Shown here piece after piece: positions 26,563-38,700 of a DNA stretch of 64,000 nucleotides. The stretch's first letter is position 1, and the number at the start of each line of letters is the position of its first letter. The notes below the pieces were generated by a model that searched no databases, was not told the origin of the DNA, and worked only from the letters and a program-made list of their open reading frames with translations. A program made the translations under genes and the position numbers. This stretch comes from Takakia lepidozioides (lineage: Eukaryota; Plantae; Bryophyta): the NCBI GenBank assembly GCA_030704615.1, contig CM060731.1:33604001-33668000 (forward strand), read 5' to 3'.

Positions 26563-29500
26563 TTAGCAGTGTTCACCTGCCGGGTCACCAGTTGCGGGCA
26601 TTGCAAAATTATCGCCCACCTCTATAGTAGACACAAGGCTTTCACCCCCAAAGTCCCCATTATCTTCATCTTCTTCAATTGTCGTTGTCCTTGCACAAGT
26701 TGGATTTTTTGGCTGCAAACGGATAAGCTTGAATTCTTGCACATGTGACTTACTGTCACAGTCCTTCTTGTCACCACCATCCACACATACGAGACAGAAG
26801 CAAGACAATTCCTGTTTATTCAATTGGGTGATATCTGTATGGCTTACACTTGACACTGAGTGCATTTTGCGACTGCCAGCCACAGTCTTGCAATCGTGTT
26901 TTTGCCTTCGGTTGATGTCACCCACTTTAACCTCCCAAAATACCCTGTTGACATCTTTTCGTGCATCAGAGTAGGCCAAATGTTGCCTACCCAAACTGCT
27001 TGTCAGAAAACCTACAACATCGTGCGCATTTTGCATCTTCTGTCCATTTGGTTTCAATTGCTCTTTGCGCAATTCCCTCTTCAGCACTGCACCGGCACCA
27101 TCGTGCTCTCCCTTGCCATGACCTGAACCAAAAAAATTCCATAACATTTGACATCCCTCTGGCACGTCAGGTTCCACAGTCAATGATGGGTAGCGGGCCA
27201 CATGGTACCAACCTCGAGCTCCTTTGAACTGACCTGAACAACCATCTGACCAGACCCAATGTAGTGAAGGCATTATCCCCTGCGCCTTGAGATAACACCA
27301 ATGAAGAGCAAATGCATGTTGAACAAATAACGCGTCATGCTTGCGGTCATCCGAAATGTAATAATGGTATTCTTTGAGGATGGGAATTACCCCCACACTG
27401 TCTTCTGTGTATTTCGGGTTATGGCGATACGTGATGTGCACAAGAATTGAAATTTGAAATGAATGCCAGTGCATTTCCTGCACCTCATTCTGTTCCTGAA
27501 AAGCATAGTTCTCAGCAAAGTCAATCACTGAAAGGATTGCCTCCTTAGGAAAATTCAGAAGGCAATTTTTGAAGGCCTTGTCTTGCCATCTAGCCACATA
27601 ATTGTGGGTGACAAATTTGCGTAGCTTGGATTTAAGATAATCCATGAAATAGGCAGCATTGGTTTCCTGGTGGGCCAGTCTCAAAATGGCTTTGTCCTCT
27701 CCATGCTTGTTCTTACCTGCTGCTTGTTTCAAGTAACATCGCCATCGAAAAAGTTGGATGGATTCTGGATCCACTTCCCGTGGGCATACTTTTAAAGATT
27801 CACACCACAAGCACTGCAATCAGCATGTAAGCAACTAGATTTGTGCCACTCATCAGTATCCCCTTTGGGACAGACTACTGCCTGCCAAAGTGCAGTTGTG
27901 CTAGGAAAAGACTGTGTGTGAGCCACACACATCCCAGTAGGTAGGACATCAAGGCTTTCATGCCCACATACCTCAGAACAATGACATGTACACGAGTCAC
28001 CATGGATGCCTTTTATCGCCGATCTCATGTTGTTCCACCCTTGCTTCAATTCCTGCATCTATGTGTGATATTTGCAACAGCAAGTGTTCCTTTCAGTAAG
28101 GCGACGCACGTACCAAGGCTTTAGATACTCAAATGATCTTAGCCCAACCATCAGAGTAGGGTATGTTGTTTGGAAGCGCGTGTAAAAGTCAAGCTGCAAT
28201 ATCAATCACACAACATGTCAATCACTCCATGATGCATATTGTGCTAGGTTATAATTATGCACATATGCAACTGACTCCTATCTTAATGGGTCACATGACT
28301 ACTTTGATACTAACTCCTGCTCCTACCCTAAGGTGTAACTACTGTGACATTTGCATAATTACTTTATTGTTGCTACTTGAGTCATGCCTTCAGTAGATGA
28401 GTGTAGGAATAAATGGCTGGAGGAGTTACTGGAGGAGTTATATCATGGATGCAGGAATCAGTAGCAATAGCAGTATATAGTTACTGATTGATTATTGCTA
28501 CTGAATCCTGCCTTTAGTAATTATTTACTATACTAGTGGTACTGAATCCTGCCTTTAGTAATTACTTACTATACTAGTGGTACTGATTCCTGCCTTTCGC
28601 AATTACTTACTCTACTAGTGGTCCTGATTCCTGCCTTTAGCAATTACTTACTCTACTAGTGGTACTGATTCCTGCCTTTAGCAGTTACTTACTCTACACC
28701 CTAAACTGATTCCTGCGCAGTTACTTACTCTACTAGTGGTACTGATAGCTATCATTAGGATACTGCAGTACTGCACTGACTCCTACAGAACAAGGGCTTT
28801 ATGATGTAGTAGCCCTAGTGAGTGCAACTAACACTTATACAAACCAGGCCATAGTATATATATACTGTAACAACATATATACCTGATCCTGAAAACTTCA
28901 GAGGTCTTGTCCTACCTAGTAAGTAAGTACTCTAACAATGTACAAACTCCTAAAAACGTAAGAACCTTAAAGAAGGCGCGCTTCTGGTCAGTCTAACATG
29001 CTGAAAGCAAACTGTTCAGGATCTATGTAGGTTGCTGAGAAGATGGACATGCAATTGAACACAGAAAAACAACAAGTGTAGAGAGGAGAAACCTGAGACT
29101 CTTGAAGATAGTGTGTGGCACGTGTCTCATAATCTTTTGGCCCCTGCGACGTCGAGTAACATCCTTTTTGTTTGGTGACACCGTGGTTTCTGTTGTCCAC
29201 CACTCTGTTACTAGCGTCTGCACTTCTTTAGTCAATGCATCAGCTCGCTTACTCTCCAATTGCCACAACGGTTGCTCGGACTCATCAAGAAGCCTTCGTC
29301 TATTCATACCTTTTGAAAGCAGCCTGCGATCTACGCCAAGGACCTTCGCAGTCAATCTTACATTCTCAGTGTGGCTGGAAGTTGCCACACTACAAACAAT
29401 GCTCTTGGCTCTAGCAATATCTTTTCTCTGTCTCCCTTTTACTTTGCTCTGCCATTCTCTAATACTATGCAAGGCAATTTGGTTTGCTCTAGCTTCTTTT

Positions 29501-29850
29501 GCATCAAGCAATAAGTTAGAAGGCATAAAGGGTGCAAGCTGTGGGTGAGAGAGAACCTTCCCCATCACAATTTTCTTTGAGTCTAATCCACCACCCAAAC
29601 TTGTCAATTCATCTTCAATGACATGCACAATGCTATTCAAGCAGTTACCCACTGCTCGTTCGTTCGCGGAAACAACACTCCATATTTATGCCCACTTCCC
29701 TTCTTTTTTTGAATCACGCCTACGCTTCACTTGTTCAGCCTTTCTACTTTGCTCTTCATCACATCTCGCTGCTGCTATCCTACTTCCCTCGCCTGGTCTG
29801 ACCACTCCAGTGCCTCTACGGCTGGCGTTTCTTTTGTTGCCTATGTAGTA
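26563..29850 (-). pseudogene. Sola2-type DDD transposase, spliced, with stop and frameshifts
   Basis: IDFAENY, WSDGCSGQFK, FGSGHGKGEHDGAG in ORF 26563-27819. Upstream Cys-rich KPWYVR..NTCCCKYH region. Exon 29093-29652 with a donor near 29092. Confidence 0.78.
28499..28747. repeat. 41-bp minisatellite, about 6 copies, in the transposase intron
   Basis: Unit tactga(a/t)tcctgcctttag(t/c)aattacttact(a/c)tactagtgg. Confidence 0.9.
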
Positions 29851-30142
29851 CGCCACGTACCCCTGGGGCCCTAGGTAGTAAGGTACGCCACACCAGGCCT
29901 ACAAGTCCATAACAGTGTCAGCTACCTCCTCTGCCCTCCCACTATCCACATTGGCAAGAGTCTATTTGACTACCTTGTCCATGCTACTTAGACACAAAAT
30001 CAGCTGCTAGGGCTGCAATCCCAATGACAGCCATGGAAAAACAGGCTGAAATGCGTTGAAGAAGTTACCTTGATTAGCAGTGCCTTGTTCTATCAATTTT
30101 GCTGCTGCCACTGCTGTTTGCAGTTGACCATGCCTCCCAGAG

Positions 30143-31172
30143 ATTGAAACCCTACATGCTAAGACCAAGCTGACTCTCCCAATAACCTTGTAAACATCAG
30201 GAAGAAACCACAATAAATCCAGCAACGACCTAACTTACAGAATTCAACATGAAAACTTAGGGACGACTCTGATTACAGGGAAAAACAGGCTGAAATGTGT
30301 TGAAGAAGGAACCTTCATCAGCAGTGCCTTATTCTATCAATTGCGCTGCTGCCGTTGCTGTTTCCAGTTGACCATGTACCCACGCAGTGCAGCAAGCAGA
30401 AAGAGCTCCTCAAATTGGGCCCACCAATCCATTGGCATCTGACTGCCGCACAAAGTTCCAATTCTGAAAATTGCATCTGCTTCTCTCTGTAGTCCGATGG
30501 GCATTCACCTTTTTGTCTCTATTGTCCCACCCTTGACTGAGGTTGGAAAGTGTTCATTCCAACGCTTCTCCTCATCTCTGTTACCTGTTTTTGCCACATC
30601 GGCAGAAACTTGTCAAAGTCACCACCAATGCGCTAACTTGCAGAATTGAATATGCATCTCAAGGCCGAGTCTGATGAGAAGGCAAAACAGGCTGAAATAG
30701 GTTCAAGAAGAAGGTGGCTTCACCACATTGTCCTCGACCTTGTGTCATGACCCATGGACAATTTGACTGACCATCAACCCTAAAGGACCTCTTCTGTGTG
30801 CTACTTGTGTGTGTAGTCAGGTAATCGGATTGGTCTGTGAGAACCACCACGGTGCAACTGAGCAGGCAGATATTGAAACCCTGCCAGCTAACACCAAGCT
30901 GACTCTCCCAACAACCTTGTAAACATCAGCAAGAAACGACCATAAATCAAGCAAAAACCTAACTTACAGAATTCAATATGAAAACTTAGGGACGACTCTG
31001 ATAACAGGGAAAAATAGGCTGAAATGTGTTGAAGAAGGAACCTTCATTGGCAGTGCCTCATTCTATGAATTGCGCTGCTGCCGCTGCTGTTTCCAGTTGA
31101 CCATCTACCCACGCAGTGCAGCAAGCAAAAAGAGCTCCTCAAATTGGGCCCACTAATCCATTCGCATCTGAC
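30143..31172. repeat. About 300-bp direct repeat pair (30143-30445 and 30871-31172) inside the Sola element
   Basis: Shared attgaaaccct...accaagctgactctcccaa...gaaaacttagggacgactctgat...caaattgggcccac. Confidence 0.85.
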
Positions 31173-32218
31173 TCAACATCAAGCTCCATTCGCATCTGAC
31201 TGCCGCACAAAGGCCAACATCAAGCTCACCTCAATTTCTACTGCTCATGCATGTCAAGATAATGAGGAACCACCCTTAAGACGCCTTCGAATGAAGAACG
31301 ATCACCACGACGCTAAAAAACCATGAGCCATGTCTGTGCTTCTTCCTGAGACCTTCAACTGCCCAGACAGCCATAATCAAGAATGCCACCATCGATCACT
31401 TCGTCTCTCCTCCTCCTCGTACGCACTCCCCGCAATGTCAGAAGAAACTATCACGCCACCAACGCCGTTTTCGTATTACGCTGCCCTAAACCAACCACAT
31501 CCAATCCTTTCATCTATGTGAAACATTTTTCATCCGGTTTCACACTGTCTCGCACCTCTCCATTTTTGAGCTTACAATACTACCTCGACTTCCGTTTGTC
31601 GCCATTTTCTTTCCCCTGATCGCTTCTAGGCCGGGTTTGGTTTGTTCAATGCCTACTTCAATGCTGCAGATGCTCATGTAATTTTTTTGAAATTATCTCA
31701 TATATTGACTATTTTAAAAGAATTTCCAATGAAGGATATCTCATTTGTGAGAACTCCTTTGGGCCTCTAATTCAAAATTAAAGGATCTTGTAGCCATTTC
31801 ATGACATGTCCTAACTTATGCATACCGCAAAGGAGCAAATTCCTATGAGAATGGGCTTTTCTGGTTTTCCAGGTCTACTATCCTTTTTGCATACTTCCAC
31901 ACCTTACATAAGCACATGAAAAATCCCGAGAGGACCCTCACATGCTATGGTGTGCAAATTGAGTCCTAAAGGACTACAACAATTTTAGACATCTGGACCT
32001 TGTGCTATTCAAGACTACTTTAGGACCCTTTACACTTGTCAAATCAAAAAGAATTTTATATGGGCATAACAAGCACTTGAAGGGCTTTCCAATGATATAA
32101 GATTTGTGTGGTTTCATGCTGAACTCAATGTCATAGATTTGGATCAAATGTGCCATCTGCGCTGAAAAACAAATTGTGACATCCTTTTTGGGTCCTATTA
32201 GCATGCTTTCACCCATTG

Positions 32219-34698
32219 GGTATTATATCCTCTCTGCCAACTGGGACGGTTGAGGCAGTGAGTGGGGGCAAGCACAGGATCATGGAGTGCAAACACCCAT
32301 GGCAGATGTGGGATGAAATGCGGAAAGAGATAGTCATTGGATCTCTCAAGGAGCAATATGAGGAGTGGGGAGAGTCATACACGGAGGATCAGTTGAAGGC
32401 CAAGGTGGCCAAGGTTTTGGAAGAGGTTGTGAATGTTTCTTGCTAAGATGATGTTCTCAAGGTGGCTATGGCGGAGCAAGTGGAGGCTACGCCACAATCA
32501 GGGTGGGCAAACAAGGCCCAAGAGGTTGCTATCTAGCAATCAAAAGATGCGTCTCCTACCTCCAAGCCTGGTGTACCCAAGGTTGCAATCACTGAGGACA
32601 ATTGGGAACCAGATGTTGGACCTATAGTCACCGGAGGAGAGAGACGGAGGATCCAACGATTCCTAAGGGCTTATAGAAATTGTTTTGCCTTCGGTTTGAA
32701 GGATTTGGGGTGTTTGAAGGGCCCGGAGATTCGTATTGATTTGGCAAGTGATACGCCAATTTTTTCGAAGGCCCTACAGGTATAGTGACATGGAGAGGTC
32801 TTTGATCCAGTCACAGACTATAGAGTTGCTCGAAGTTGGATTGGTAGAGTTGCCAGACGGGGAGTATGCCTCGGTAACGGACAGAAAGGAGGATGTGTGG
32901 GGATTACCGTCCTGTGAACCGTCAGACTAAGTCCAATAGATATGTCATACCAACTCCAGAGGAGATCTTTGATGCCATTGGGCATGCAAAGGTGTTTAAC
33001 ACATTGGACTTGCGATCTGGTTACCACCAATTATCAATCAAAGAGGCTGACAAGCAAAAGATGGCATTTTGGGGGATTGACCAACATGAGAAAGATTGCT
33101 TGTACTAATGGCGGTTCCTACTGTTTGGGTTGAAGAATGTTCCTCCAGAGTTTCAGAGGGTTATGGATAGGATTCTCACGGGGCTAGACTTTGTCCGGTG
33201 CTACATTGATGACATCATCGTCTTTAGTGCTACGGTTGAGGAGCATGAGAGACACCTTTAGATGGTGTTTGAGCGCTTGAGAGCGCATGGGTTGAAATTG
33301 CACCGTGGGAAGTGCAAATTCTTTCATAACCAGATTGAGTATCTGGGCCACATGATATATCATGGAGGATTGGGTGTTCAAAAGACAAAGGTGGAGGCCA
33401 TTGCACGCATTCCACGCCCCATAGATGTTAGCCGAGTTCGTGCTTTCATGGGGTTGACAAACTACTATCGACGGTTTGTCGAGGGATTTAGCAGCATTGC
33501 AAAGGCTCTTATCAAGTTGACCAAGGTGGGTCAAGAGTGGCAGTGGGAGGAGGAGCAAGAGGAAGCCTTTGAGGAACTCAAGGCTCAATTGACTTCTGCA
33601 CCTATTCTGAGGCGGTCTATTCGGGGGCGGCCTTTCCAGCTACATACGGATTGGAGTATGTTGGGGATTGGAGCAGTGCTCACACAGGTGGATGACGAGG
33701 GAAGAGAGTTCGTAATGGCATATGCCAGCCGCTCGAACAATGATGCCAAGGCAAAGTATAGCTCATATGAAGGGGAGTGTCTAGCTGCGGTATGGGTAGT
33801 GGCACATTTCAGATGCTACCTCTATGACAACCTCTTCACCCTTATCACGGATCACCAACCATTGAAGTGGTTGATGGAGTCAGACAAACTTACAATGAAG
33901 CTTGCACGGTGGGCACTTATGCTTCAAGAGTACGACTTCCAGGAGGTGCATCGAGCCGATATAGTCAATCTGGATGTAGATGGGTTGAGTCGTAATCAAT
34001 GCACAAGCGAGCATGATGATACTGGAGCTCGGTGGCATGGTGAGACGGATGATGAGATGGTGCCAGGACGACATACATCTACTTTTTTGTGCATCCTAGC
34101 AATGGGAGCTCAAGCTGGTCCATCCCATAAGATTGATCATGTAGATGGTGTGCATGACGATCCGGAGATCAGCGAAGAGCTTGGTGGTGCTAAGGATATG
34201 CATGAAGATGCAGCAGTGTTGGCCTACCTTCGTATAGGAGAGACATCAGCCAGTGTGACTGCTAAGGAGAGAGATCGGATCCTACAACGAGCCAAGAGGT
34301 TCAAGTAAGATGGGACTCACCTACTCCGAGTATGGGAGGATGGACGAGTGAGGATTGTGCCTCAGCTAACACAACGAACGCGATTGGTACGCCATGCTCA
34401 TAAGGAGTTGAGACATTTTGGGGTGTGGCGCACTCATAGTTTGCTGCAAGGACAGTACTGGTGGCGGGGCATGCACACGGATGTGCAACAGTTAGTGACA
34501 AGGTGTATGGTGTGTCATAGAGTGCGGGCTTTTTTCAATGCACCTACTCCACAATTGCATCATTTACGCATTATGGGTTTGGGCTATCGTTGGAGTCTTG
34601 ACTTCGCAGGCCCATTGCTACTAACGATTCGCTATAACAAGTATGTGCTGGTGATGATGGAACATTTCTCCAAGTGGATTGAACTGGTGGGTTTTTAG
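32219..34698 (+). pseudogene. pol: pol continuation: linker, RT, RNase H, integrase N-terminus
   Basis: MCGDYRPVN, TLDLRSGYHQ, CYIDD (about 33200), LHTDWS, TDHQPLKWL, HKELRHFG..C..C, WSLDFAGPL. Confidence 0.92.
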
Positions 34699-36989
34699 TG
34701 GCTTATGCTAGCCGCTCGAACAACGCTGCAAAGGCTAAGTATGTGAAGGAGAGACAGACTCAATGTGTCTGACATTTCATAGAGAGCCATATTGAGACTT
34801 ACCAACGTTGTGTCCAAGTGGGGGTTTTATGTTTTTTTAACCTCAGTCATAGGAATTGCATGTTTTCAAACGAAAAACAAACCATGACCGGGTATAGAGG
34901 ACTGGTACGTTTATTGGGTACAACTGCACTAATTTTACAAACTACTTGGCCTATCTATACATTTATAAACATTGAATACACTCCTGGAAATAATCACTTA
35001 CAAACCAGAATATATTAAATACTTAAAGAATCATTTAAAAACTTAAACTATTTTTTGTGGTTCACCTTCAACGAAAAACAAACGACACCATGCATAAACT
35101 CTAGTTCAACCAAGGTTTTGCGAGGCGCAATATAGCCAGCAACCCTAAACCTATAGCTGTGGCGGCGGGTTTCCCCTTGAGAAACATTTGGTGATATAGC
35201 CACAAACCTAAGCAGCGAGTATGGGTTTGACATTGAGACATCCTTAGTGATATAGCTTGAATCCAAACTTTCTATACGAAAATCCCAAACAATCCCACAT
35301 CCAACATTAGGCTGTCATTAATGCCCAATATATCTCGGTAGTCTTAGCATAATATACATATTCAGTATCATGAGAAAGAATAGGGTTTAGGATATATGTT
35401 CTGACATATTCTATGGCATATTGAATGGAAATCTCTTCCGGTCTCCGGAGCACAAACCCTATATTTTTTCAGTGTTTCCCTGAAAAACTATATCTCAAAA
35501 TGTAAAAGTAGTTTTAGGGGTCAGAGTTTCGCATTGCGAAAATATCCATGCATCAGGACCTTAAATGTGACATGAAGTCTCATCGCCCACTCTCGCACCT
35601 ATCATGAAAAGGGTCTGGTGCCGTGTGAGCACAATGTGAGGAAAATCCACGCCTATAGGGTAACATGTTTATCAGGTTAGGGTAACGAGGTCTATCACCG
35701 TGCATGTCCATATTACTGCGCAGCATGACTGTTGCAAAACCTTCAAGTGCATTCAGCCTATTATCGCTCGCACTATGGGCCCTCCACTGAGATACACCTA
35801 TGCCATTATGAAAAGACATGAATAAGCTATGTTCCATAGACAATGAGGTAATAAAGAAAGCAAGTCGCAAGACAACATGAAACTGAGCAGGCTGGAAAAG
35901 AAAAAAAAAGAATAGAGTGTGCATGCAGGAGCAAGAGACCTAAAACCCATCATGTTCATGACCATGAATGACATATATGTTCCACATATTTTTTATCAAC
36001 ATTTTTAATCCTATCAATCGTTGATAAATAATTATACACCCTTGAAAACTCTTATTATAACATATAATATGAGCACATGCAATTCTCTGCATTTGATGGT
36101 ACGTGGATGATAGCTTAGGGATACAATACAAAGTGTGCAAAGCGAGGGAATCTATTTGGCGGGACGAATGACATTCAATTCTACTGAGCTTTAGATTGAA
36201 AAACGTTAATATCGTACAAGTACTACTGGTGTATCTCCACTGAATTCAATTTTGAAATCCGTGCTGGCATAGTATCACAGAATGGATGTTTCAAGTTCAA
36301 GATTTGAGTATAGAAGGAACAAATCCAGTTGATATTCTTGTCAATTGAATTTCAGAGTTTTGAATGGTTTAGGAGAGCTAAGAAGACATGCCAAGGGAAG
36401 CGCATAGTTTCAATATTCAGATATTTTCCTGTAGGCATTACAAAGCAACAAGGTGAGCAAATAGATTTAGAATGGCATAAGTTTGACCTCTTCTATCAGT
36501 TCATCACAGGTTGTACAATTCATCATACTTATACAAAACTACATCACAAGCATTTGGTAGAATTTATAGAGAGTTGGGTAAGACAAAGAAATCCAGCTAC
36601 TGTAGGAGACATACATTGTGTAGGAGAGAACTAAAGAAGAAAACTTGGGGTCAGAGGGCTAAAGAGGTGGGATATGAGTTTCCACCAAAGTAGTTTAAGC
36701 TTTCACCACTATGTCTAAGATATAGTTCAAATCAGATTAGCTTAGATATCAAACATGGTGGCCAGCACTCGACGATCATCTCAAGGGCTTCTTCAAGGAC
36801 ATCAAACAGTTGTTCAACCTTCTCTACCACAACGTCGACGATCTCGCAACAGTCTTTTGGAAGATGTTCCACCATCATCTCCTATCATATCTACCACTCC
36901 AAATCTGACTCAAGTTGGTACAACAATAGAGTAGAAGAAAAACCTGAAAGCAGTAAGAATTGCACTCCAAGGCATCCACAAAAAAAAAA

Positions 36990-38700
36990 GGCGGAGACAA
37001 GGTCTTTGTGGGGTAAATGGACTGATGATCAGCTTGAGGAAGCTATGGATGCAGTGGAAATAGGTCAGATGAGTCAAAGACAAGTTGCACATCATTGAAA
37101 TATTCTTGAATCTTCATTGAGAGATCATCTTACAGAAAAGGTTACTCAAAAGAAAGTGGGAGCAAAGGCAGTACCCACACCAAGTGAAGAAATACCTATT
37201 GTTGAATGGGTCATTGAAAATATAGGATATTGCACATACTGTCACAAAACTTCAACTGAGGTTGAAAGTAGCAAAGCTCACTCAAACCAGAGTTACTCCA
37301 TTCACAAAAGGGATTCCTGGGGATTCGTGGTGGAAATGGTTCAAACGCCGTCATCCACAACTATCGCTCCGGATGGCAGAGGGGCTAGAAGTTGCTAGAG
37401 AAAGGCTATTACTTCAGAGCATTGCAAGAGCTTCTACAAAAATTTACAGCTACTCTATGACAAATACAATTATCCACCCACACATACCTGGAACTCGGAT
37501 GAATCTGGTGTACAAGCTGGCCGTAACTCTGGTGCACGAGTGATCGTAAAGAAAGGCTCTAACTTTGTCTATAGTACTATTCCAAAATCCAGGAAATGGT
37601 TAACAGTCAATGCAGTTGTGAATGCAGCAGGTCAACACCTTCCTAACATCTTCATCTTCAAGGGTGAGAAGATAATGACAAACTATGTCAAGGATTGTGG
37701 ACCGAGCTCCTGTATGGCTATGCAAGGGAAAGCTTGGATGACAACAAAGCTATTCAAAATGGTTGTCCTTCTTCTAAAAGAGTGTCCCACATATTTCCCT
37801 TGAAGATCGTCATCTTTTAATACTCGATGGCCATGGAAATCATGTGACACTAGAAGCTATTTCATTGGCTATGGAAATTGGCTTGGGTATGGTTACACTC
37901 TCAGCGCACACGTCACATGCGCTTCAGCCATTGGATGTGTCTTGTTTCAAGCCTTTCAAAGTTGTTTTCAGAGTTACACGTGATTCTGAAATGCTTAAAG
38001 GCATTTCAATGAACCAGATAAGTCTACATTGGCTAGTTGGGTTGACCGAGCAATACAGAAGGCTCTAACATTATAAACATTATGGCAGGTTTTCGAACTA
38101 CTGGCATTTGACCTCTAAATCCTGGGCAATGGACGAAAAAACAATGTCATTCCAACAATTCACTAACGTTCAAGTTGTTCCTTCAAGCGACAGTGAACGG
38201 GAGACTGAGGCAGCAACTAACGTGTTGCTGTCAATGCATACTGATAATGTTCATTCTACTGGCCATGAGGGAGTAACACCTGATGTCATTATATGTCTTA
38301 CCACAACAACAAATTTTCACTCATTAGCCTTCTACTCAAGGTATGGATGTTCAGTGTGCTCAGTATTCAAACAATGATCGGTCATCTCTTGCAAATATGC
38401 TTGCTTTGCCAGAGTTTCCTCGACGTCCTATGAAAGGCACAAAATCTTTGGTGGATTATGGAAGTTCCATCATCATGATTGCAGATGAATACACAACCAT
38501 TATGAAAAATAAGGCTTTACTAAAGAAAGAGGCTGAAAAAGAACGAGAGAAGAAGAGACTCTTGAAATAGAAGAGGGCTCATACAAAAGGAGAGAGATGC
38601 CCATACAGCAAGACAGAAGGCGACTGAGAAGGCTACATTAAAAATTGAGAAAAAAAACAAACAAGTTCTCGAAGCTTACTAGAGTTCTGAGAATGTGCGA
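36990..38700 (+). pseudogene. pogo/Fot1-like (Tc1-mariner) transposase, degenerate
   Basis: HTH-psq-like KWTDDQLEEAMDAV; CENP-B-like GDSWWKWFKRRHPQLSLR; WNSDESG, LILDGHGNH, HTSHALQPLDVSCFKPFK. TIRs not identified. Confidence 0.85.

Larger units (their letters stand above)
24942..32214 (-). mobile_element. Sola2-like cut-and-paste DNA transposon (7273 bp)
   Basis: Perfect 18-bp TIRs gggtgaaagcatgctaat (24942-24959 and 32197-32214), 4-bp TSD ATTG (24938-24941 and 32215-32218), GRG termini, and an internal transposase. Confidence 0.8.
23595..34745 (+). mobile_element. Ty3/gypsy retrotransposon remnant with a C5 DNA methyltransferase upstream of RT; truncated at both ends, interrupted at 24942-32214
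   Basis: DNMT motifs at 23935-24900, then linker, RT, RNase H and INT at 32219-34698 on the same strand. The frame rejoins when the inserted transposon is removed. Outer boundaries are approximate. Confidence 0.85.
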
